From the NCBI GenBank assembly GCA_016196125.1, contig JACPYG010000006.1, forward strand, positions 54,511 through 118,510: 64,000 nucleotides of DNA. The letters run 5' to 3'. The position numbers were made by a program, and so were the translations under genes. Below, in pieces: positions 58,322 through 64,000 of the stretch; positions within the stretch are counted from its first letter, which is position 1, and each line of letters starts with the position of its first letter. The notes below the pieces were generated by a model, which was not told the DNA's origin, made no database searches, and worked only from the letters and a program-made list of their open reading frames with translations. This stretch comes from Candidatus Staskawiczbacteria bacterium (GTDB taxonomy: Bacteria; Patescibacteriota; Minisyncoccia; Minisyncoccales; Staskawiczbacteraceae).

Positions 58322-59611
58322 TTACGGGATGAAAACTCTAAACATTCTTATGAGTTTTTTAAGCCAATCCCTTAGTAAACCCAGTATACCTCCTCCATCT
58401 GAGCCGTCAATATCCGAACCTGCCAAAACTAAACCCGCAACTGTAGCAAGGCAAGGGTCATCTTGGATGCCAACAATTCCCTTCGGACTTCCTATGCTAC
58501 AAGGGAGTTTTAATTGTTGTTTTACCAATTCTTTTATTTTTGACAATTTCGCGCCGCCGCCAGACAGCACAATTCCTCCCGGCAACAATTCCTGACGTCC
58601 TATTTTTTTTAATTCTTTTTGGATCAAATCAAAAATTTCAGAAACTCTTGGCTCAATAATATCCACCAAGCTTTTTTTTGTAAAAGATAAATCGGAAGCT
58701 TTATCGGTAATTTCTATTTTTTTGCTCTCGCTTGCAATGAGCTTGTCCTTTTGCTGGTCTTTTTTATCCGCGCTCCTTACATTAAGAGACATGGTCTTGT
58801 CTGATTTGCCAGTTTTGGCAAAAATACAAGTACCATGCTGTTTTTTAATGGATTCTGCAATAGCAACTTCTGTGCGCAGGCCAATGGCAATATCATTTGT
58901 TATATTTGCCGAACCAATCGGCAATACGGCAAAGTGAATCAAATCTCCCTCTTCAAAGACCGCTAAACTAGTTGTGGCGGCTCCAATATCAACTAAAGCC
59001 ACCCCTAATTCCTTTTGTTGAGGGGTTAACACTGCATCGGCAGCAGCCAAAGGAGACGTAATAATATCGTCAATTTGCAGTTTTGAATTTAAAACTGCCT
59101 GAGACAGGTTTATAAAATCGGGCTGGAAATAACAAAGTAAAAGAACTTTTGCTTCCAGCCTTTTGCCTGTTAATCCTAATGGCTGCTTTATGCCTTTTTG
59201 GTCATCAATAATATATTCTCTTGGCAAAACATCTAAAACATCTTCATTTGCGGGAATATTAATTGCCTTAGCGGCTTGCAATACTCTGTCTATGTCTTCT
59301 TGAGAAATTACTTGGTTGGCGCGAGACACAGAAATTATACCATCAGAAGGGGTAACATATAGCCGGCTTCCGCTAATATTCACAAAAACTGAATTAATTT
59401 TTCTGCCCAAATCTTTTTCTACATCTGACATCAACAATTGAATATTTTTTGAAATTTCTTCAACTTTGACAACCGCTCCTTTTCTTAAGCCAAAAGATGG
59501 CATTTGGGCATAGCTCAAAACTTCCAGCTCTTTTCCTTTTTTCTGAGCAACCAAAACCTTTATAGTATTTGTCCCAATATCCAATCCTGCGACAATACGA
59601 CTCTTAGCCAT
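58322..59611 (-). CDS. ftsA: Cell division protein FtsA
   Basis: GLDIGT, DIGAATT, AE.IK, IIEPR, GGGA, C-terminal amphipathic helix. Confidence 0.93.
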   Translation of the reverse strand: MAKSRIVAGLDIGTNTIKVLVAQKKGKELEVLSYAQMPSFGLRKGAVVKVEEISKNIQLLMSDVEKDLGRKINSVFVNISGSRLYVTPSDGIISVSRANQVISQEDIDRVLQAAKAINIPANEDVLDVLPREYIIDDQKGIKQPLGLTGKRLEAKVLLLCYFQPDFINLSQAVLNSKLQIDDIITSPLAAADAVLTPQQKELGVALVDIGAATTSLAVFEEGDLIHFAVLPIGSANITNDIAIGLRTEVAIAESIKKQHGTCIFAKTGKSDKTMSLNVRSADKKDQQKDKLIASESKKIEITDKASDLSFTKKSLVDIIEPRVSEIFDLIQKELKKIGRQELLPGGIVLSGGGAKLSKIKELVKQQLKLPCSIGSPKGIVGIQDDPCLATVAGLVLAGSDIDGSDGGGILGLLRDWLKKLIRMFRVFIP

Positions 59612-59622
59612 TAAAATTAAAA

Positions 59623-60039
59623 TTAAAATTTAAATTTTGATAAATATTTTTCTTGTTTTTTTGCCATTTCCAAGGCCATCTTTTCCGGCCCTTCGTGTTC
59701 ATACCCTAAAATATGTAAAAGGCCGTGTATTAACATCTTTGTTAATTCCTTTTTAAAAGTCGTACTAAACTCCTTTGCATTATTTTTAACAACCTCCGGA
59801 CAAATGACAACTTCAGATGAATCGGATTTAGGACCTAAAGCTCTGCCAAAAGAAAGAACATCTGTTGGCTTATGTTTTTTTCTATATTTTTGATTTAATT
59901 TTTTTATTTCAGCAGGGCTGACAAAAGCAATAGATATGTTTTCTATTCCTCTATTTTCGCCTTTTAAAACTTTTTTTGCAACCCTTACGAAAAACTTTTT
60001 ATCCACAGCAAAACTGGTAAGATTATTTATCTCAATCAT
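59623..60039 (-). CDS. ybeY: rRNA maturation endoribonuclease YbeY
   Basis: LN..YR...PTDVLSF, HGLLHILGYEH. Confidence 0.92.
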   Translation of the reverse strand: MIEINNLTSFAVDKKFFVRVAKKVLKGENRGIENISIAFVSPAEIKKLNQKYRKKHKPTDVLSFGRALGPKSDSSEVVICPEVVKNNAKEFSTTFKKELTKMLIHGLLHILGYEHEGPEKMALEMAKKQEKYLSKFKF

Positions 60040-60043
60040 ATGT

Positions 60044-60206
60044 CAACCTATCTTTTTAATAATTCTTTCTGCTGTAATTTGAAATTTTAACTGCAAATTA
60101 TTAAAACCTCGTCGGCTTATATAATAATACAAACCTCCTCGCTTTTAATAATTTTCGTTTTAAAATTTCTGCATTTCGCCACAAAAGATTATTAAACGAT
60201 AGGTTG
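60044..60206. repeat. 163-bp imperfect palindromic element
   Basis: Nested arms caacctatc/gataggttg, gaaattttaa/ttaaaatttc, aaattattaaaa/ttttaataattt, apical ggcttatat/atacaaacc. Confidence 0.7.
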
Positions 60207-60242
60207 CTTATTTTAACCTATATTTCAAACTTTTCAAAACAC

Positions 60243-60277
60243 AAAAAAAGCTGATGAAATATTTTCTCAGCTTTTTT
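60243..60277. terminator. Bidirectional-type terminator after GatB/YqeY
   Basis: aaaaaagctga...tcagctttttt. Confidence 0.75.
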
Positions 60278-60288
60278 AATTATTAAAC

Positions 60289-60792
60289 CTACTTACCTGA
60301 TAAAATTTCTTTTACAATCTTGCTTATTTCTGAACTGTCTGCCTTTCCTTTAACTTTTGGCATTAAATCTGCCATTACTTTACCCATGTCTTTCATTTCT
60401 TTTGCTCCCGTCTTATTTATAGATTCTTCGATTATTTTTTTTAATTCGACTTCTGATAATTGTTCCGGCAAATATTTCTGCAAAATTTCAATTTCTCTTT
60501 TTTCTTTGTCTGCTAATTCCGGACGATTGCCTTTTTCATATAGAACAATGGCGTCTTTCCTTTTTTTAATTTCAGATGATAAAGTATTAATAACTTCGTC
60601 GTTGGTTAATTCTGATTCTTTTATAAGATTTTCTTCTTTTAAATCTGGCTTATCTTTTGAAACCTTATACCCTTTTTCTTTTTCTTTAGATATTATAGCG
60701 GCCAGAACCATGCGCAAAGCATCAGAAGCGACATTATCGCCCGATTTCAAAAATTCTTTAGCATTATCTTGGATTTGTTGCTTTATTTCCAT
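60289..60792 (-). CDS. GatB/YqeY domain protein
   Basis: KKRKDAI..Y.KGNR.EL..KE..EI..L..YLP.QLS, DMGKVM. Confidence 0.9.
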   Translation of the reverse strand: MEIKQQIQDNAKEFLKSGDNVASDALRMVLAAIISKEKEKGYKVSKDKPDLKEENLIKESELTNDEVINTLSSEIKKRKDAIVLYEKGNRPELADKEKREIEILQKYLPEQLSEVELKKIIEESINKTGAKEMKDMGKVMADLMPKVKGKADSSEISKIVKEILSGK

Positions 60793-61025
60793 GAATTAGC
60801 ACGACCTACTTTAGGTTTTTCTAATTTATCCAGACGTTTTTTTTCAGCCCTCATTTCAACTCGTCTTAGAGCTGATCTTTTTTTAGCTAAAGCTGATTTT
60901 GCTCTCTTTCTAAACTGTTTGCCTCTTACTTGGAGCAAAACTCCCGATTGGCGCACCACTTTTGTAAAACGATGGACCAAGCTTTGAGAGCTTTCTTTTT
61001 CTTTTCTTTTTACTTCTAATGCCAT
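60783..61025 (-). CDS. rpsU: 30S ribosomal protein bS21
   Basis: Small basic protein, V.RKEKES..SL..RF.K.V..SG.L; upstream of YqeY as in the conserved rpsU-yqeY pair. Confidence 0.75.
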   Translation of the reverse strand: MALEVKRKEKESSQSLVHRFTKVVRQSGVLLQVRGKQFRKRAKSALAKKRSALRRVEMRAEKKRLDKLEKPKVGRANSWK

Positions 61026-61049
61026 ATGAGTTTATTTTAAGTTGATTTT

Positions 61050-61127
61050 AAGCGGAAATAAGTATATTTTTCAACGTCCGCCAAACCCACGGCCAGCCCG
61101 AATTGAAAAATATACTTATTTCCGCTT
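61050..61127. repeat. Hairpin repeat family B, copy 2 (25-bp perfect stem)
   Basis: aagcggaaataagtatatttttcaa/ttgaaaaatatacttatttccgctt; loop differs from copy 1 at 2 positions. Confidence 0.85.
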
Positions 61128-61146
61128 TATTTACAGTTTTTAATTA

Positions 61147-62418
61147 TTATTTAATTTTAGCTTTCATTTCTTTTACGACTTTATCAAGTTTTATTTCTTT
61201 TTGAGCGCCGGTTTCCATATCTCTTAAAGTGATAAAACCTTCCAATGCTTCTTTCTGGCCAAAGATTAAAACCCATCTTATTCCCATTTTGTCAGCTGTC
61301 CTCAACTGGGTTTTTAAAGAATCTTTTGAAAAAGATTCCGCCACCAGAATTTTCGCATCGCGAAATTCTTCAAACAGTTTTAATCCCTTTCTTTTTGCCA
61401 GTTGCCCCAACTGAGCTAAAAAGATTTTTGGCTCTGCTAATTTTACCGTTTTTACTTCTCTCGTTTTCAGTAAGCTTATTATTCGCTCAATTCCTCCGGC
61501 CACGCCGCAGGCGGGAGTATCTCTGCCTCCTAAAATTTTAGCCAAACTATCATATCTTCCCCCGCCCAGCAAAGATCCTTGAGCCTTGCCTTCTTCTGTG
61601 GTATTTTCTACTATTTCAAAAACCGTTTTTGTGTAATAATCCAGTCCTCTGACCAAATATGGATTTAAAGTATACGGCAGTTCTAACTCATCTAAAAATT
61701 CCAACACTTGCTTAAAATGACTATGGCAGTTTTCACAAAGATGGTCAATTATCTGTGGTGCGCCTGACTTCACTCTCTGGCACTTTTCTTCTTTGCAATC
61801 CAAAATCCTTAAAGGATTTTCTTTTAATCTTCTTTGGCAATCAGAGCATAAAGATGATTTTCTTGACCTGAAATAACCTGTCAAAATCTTTTTAAAATAA
61901 GGCCTGCATTCAGAGTCGCCAATGCTATTTACTTGAATGGTTATATTTTTAAAAGAAAGTTCTTTTAAAACATCGTAGCTCATTTGTATGATTTGGCTGT
62001 CAATTGATGGATTTTGCTCTCCTAATGCCTCAAAACCAAATTGATGAAATTGCCTAAAACGTCCCGCTTGCGGCCTTTCGTGGCGAAAAAATGGACCTAA
62101 ATACCAAAGCTTTACAGGTTGAGTAAGATTATGCATCCCATGTTCAATATAGCTCCTCACTACTGGAGCTGTCCCCTCTGGCCTTAAAGAAACCAAGTCT
62201 CCTCCCTTTGTTTTAAAAGTGTAAGTTTCTTTCTCCACAATATCGGTTGCCACCCCCACGCCCTTGGAAAAAACTTCGGCAAATTCCAAAATCGGAGTCT
62301 CTATTTTAGAAAATCCATAATAGTTGGTAATACTTTCAACCGCTTTTACAACCTTTTGAAAATAAGGCTGGTCTCCCGGCAGAATATCGTGCATTCCTGT
62401 TACGCTTTGAATTTTCAT
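61147..62418 (-). CDS. hisS: Histidine--tRNA ligase
   Basis: LRPEGTA, FRHERPQAGRFRQFHQ, LVRGLDYY, GGGRYD. Confidence 0.96.
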   Translation of the reverse strand: MKIQSVTGMHDILPGDQPYFQKVVKAVESITNYYGFSKIETPILEFAEVFSKGVGVATDIVEKETYTFKTKGGDLVSLRPEGTAPVVRSYIEHGMHNLTQPVKLWYLGPFFRHERPQAGRFRQFHQFGFEALGEQNPSIDSQIIQMSYDVLKELSFKNITIQVNSIGDSECRPYFKKILTGYFRSRKSSLCSDCQRRLKENPLRILDCKEEKCQRVKSGAPQIIDHLCENCHSHFKQVLEFLDELELPYTLNPYLVRGLDYYTKTVFEIVENTTEEGKAQGSLLGGGRYDSLAKILGGRDTPACGVAGGIERIISLLKTREVKTVKLAEPKIFLAQLGQLAKRKGLKLFEEFRDAKILVAESFSKDSLKTQLRTADKMGIRWVLIFGQKEALEGFITLRDMETGAQKEIKLDKVVKEMKAKIK

Positions 62419-62421
62419 ATT

Positions 62422-63024
62422 TTAATAACTGGGAACAGTAATTTTAGATATATTTACTACCGGTAAAACGCGCAAAAAAACCTTGCCAATAATATTTTTT
62501 GCCGGTACGCTTCCCCATACCCTTGAATCATAAGAAAATTCTCTGTTATCTCCCAAAACAAAATATTCGTCTGCAGTTAAAATAAGTTTCAAAGTTCCAA
62601 TGGTTCCGGATGGATTAGGAAGATACTTTTCGTCCAGAGTTTGGCTTTTTTGATCTTTATATATTGTTACTTTTCCATCTTTAATTTCCACTGTTTCGCC
62701 TGGCAATCCAATAACTCTTTTTATAAATTTTTGCGAAGTGTCTTTAGGATATTTAAAAACAATAATATCTCCTCTTTCGGGATTTTTAAACTTATAAGAA
62801 ATTTCATCAATAATTAAGTAGTCGCCTGATTGAAAATTCGGCACCATTGATTCGCCTTTTACTATAAATGGCTGAAATAAAAAATAACGAATGGGGAGCA
62901 CTATTACCGAAGCAATAACAAATATCTTTAAAACTTCGAAAACAAACGGGAAATACTTTTTAACTATATTTATTTTGGTCTGTTCTTCGTTTGGCTGATT
63001 GTTTGATTTTGTTATTTGTTCCAT
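62422..63024 (-). CDS. lepB: Signal peptidase I
   Basis: GESMVP, FIKRVIGLPG, GDNR..SYDSR. Confidence 0.95.
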   Translation of the reverse strand: MEQITKSNNQPNEEQTKINIVKKYFPFVFEVLKIFVIASVIVLPIRYFLFQPFIVKGESMVPNFQSGDYLIIDEISYKFKNPERGDIIVFKYPKDTSQKFIKRVIGLPGETVEIKDGKVTIYKDQKSQTLDEKYLPNPSGTIGTLKLILTADEYFVLGDNREFSYDSRVWGSVPAKNIIGKVFLRVLPVVNISKITVPSY

Positions 63025-63077
63025 TTTTTTTAACTTTAAATTGAACTCATTCTAACATATTTTAAATTTATTACAAG

Positions 63078-63104
63078 ACCCCGCTAATTTTAATTAGCGG
63101 GGGT
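63078..63104. repeat. Short CCCCGYTA-type hairpin flanked by CAAG direct repeats
   Basis: accccgctaatt-tt-aattagcgggggt; CAAG at 63074-77 and 63105-08. Confidence 0.55.
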
Positions 63105-63129
63105 CAAGTCCCTATTTATTGCAACAAAT

Positions 63130-63164
63130 AAAAAAAGCGGGCCGAGACAAAATTGCCTCAGCCC
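63130..63164 (-). terminator. Rho-independent terminator
   Basis: gggctgaggca/tgtctcggccc stem plus U-tract on the minus strand. Confidence 0.75.
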
Positions 63165-63210
63165 TTGGTGCTTGGAAGTGTTTACGAACAAAGTTTAATG
63201 ATATTTTACG

Positions 63211-63471
63211 CTACGCGCCTCTCGCCCGATAAACCGGGCGATGCTCCTTGGTCTTATCAAAATGGCCATTGTGGCCACTGCTGTCGTCTCCCCGAAGGAG
63301 CCGACACACCGCCATAGGATGGATCCCCATGCCAAACTTCTTCTCAAAGCTGCGAGACAAGCTTTCAAGGAAGTTCTGCGTGAGAACTTCCCCGTTGGCT
63401 CGCAGTGAGAGAAGAAACTCCTTTTGGTCATGGTTCAACTGGTGGTGGTTGTGACAAGTTGTCTTTGACAT
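63211..63471 (-). CDS. Hypothetical protein (possible HTH-like)
   Basis: AAAGGA upstream, terminator downstream, and a TTGACT-17-TACAAT promoter at about 63599-63627. Confidence 0.5.
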   Translation of the reverse strand: MSKTTCHNHHQLNHDQKEFLLSLRANGEVLTQNFLESLSRSFEKKFGMGIHPMAVCRLLRGDDSSGHNGHFDKTKEHRPVYRARGA

Positions 63472-63707
63472 AAAATCCTTTCTTCTGTGCGCGTATGTGA
63501 ACTAAACCACACAAGACAAAATGCCTCTTCTCTGTCCGACCAAAGCACGGCAGTCGCTGTTCTTAATTTACCTCCTTTCTCTTAAAGGTGCTATCTTGAT
63601 TGTACGCCTACTCAAATACAAAGTCAATATTATTATTATTATGCAATAAAAAAGCAAAGTGGTTAGCTTCGCTCTGGGTTTTGCGGATTTTCTTTATCCG
63701 CCTGTTG

Positions 63708-63941
63708 TCACTTGGAAGTGACTTTTTTTCGTTTCAGCAACTTTCGTGCCTCATCCGTGTTATCTTCAAAGATAGCAGTTTCCAAAGCTTGACCGATGGT
63801 CTCGCCTGGACGGAGCTCTCTCCTGGCTGCCAAGAGAAGGGCCACTGTGTAAAGTTCGGGGTCTTCTGCGAAGTATTCTTCTTGCTCCAGTTTTTGAGCA
63901 ATCTGCTCAACAATGGGATAGACCACATCATTCAGTTTCAT
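63708..63941 (-). CDS. Hypothetical protein
   Basis: SD AAGGAG before ATG; plausible helical protein. Confidence 0.5.
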   Translation of the reverse strand: MKLNDVVYPIVEQIAQKLEQEEYFAEDPELYTVALLLAARRELRPGETIGQALETAIFEDNTDEARKLLKRKKVTSK

Positions 63942-64000
63942 AGCAGGTCTCCTTTTGGTTAGGGTGTGCTGTGATTACAGTACCACACTCGGCGTTTATT

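Noticed and set aside
60061-60180. Possible decayed small gene between YqeY and ybeY
   Set aside because: The frames examined are interrupted by stops, and the region is better explained as a long palindrome.
25-63962. Numerous short antisense and alternate-frame ORFs in the track (e.g. 25-246, 3848-4348, 57557-58204, 47640-47843, 63600-63962)
   Set aside because: They are shadows of better-supported genes and have no motifs or initiation signals.

Overview
AT-rich bacterial window with almost all genes on the minus strand. The gene content and synteny (lepB-hisS-rpsU-GatB/YqeY-ybeY-ftsA-ftsZ without ftsQ, plus a very large PG-binding surface protein) suggest a Patescibacteria (CPR, Parcubacteria-like) genome; this is inference. 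Positions 1-37.8 kb are a mosaic surface-glycan locus covering GDP-heptose (hddA/hddC/gmhB), GDP-fucose/rhamnose, CDP-/dTDP-sugars, a modified pseudaminic-acid pathway with formyltransferase, FolD and a WbuXYZ-type amidotransferase, two flippases, and many glycosyl- and methyltransferases. Next come a divergent O-antigen-ligase/TPR protein, a Y1 (HUH) transposase flanked by identical palindromes, an S-layer-like protein, an ECF sigma/anti-sigma-like pair, clpB/htrA, a glycolipid-type GT28/GH cassette and housekeeping genes. The most striking unannotated signal is a set of small hairpin elements. Four have CYCY termini and 4-bp TNNA target duplications, and those inside genes add whole codons; one split the clpB start codon and rebuilt it as GTG. 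Other points of note are an FtsZ lacking its tail and the T7-loop catalytic Asp, a BldC-like HTH with phased direct repeats, frequent leaderless promoters, an rmlC relic, and a candidate small RNA. All calls were made by eye, with no database searches.
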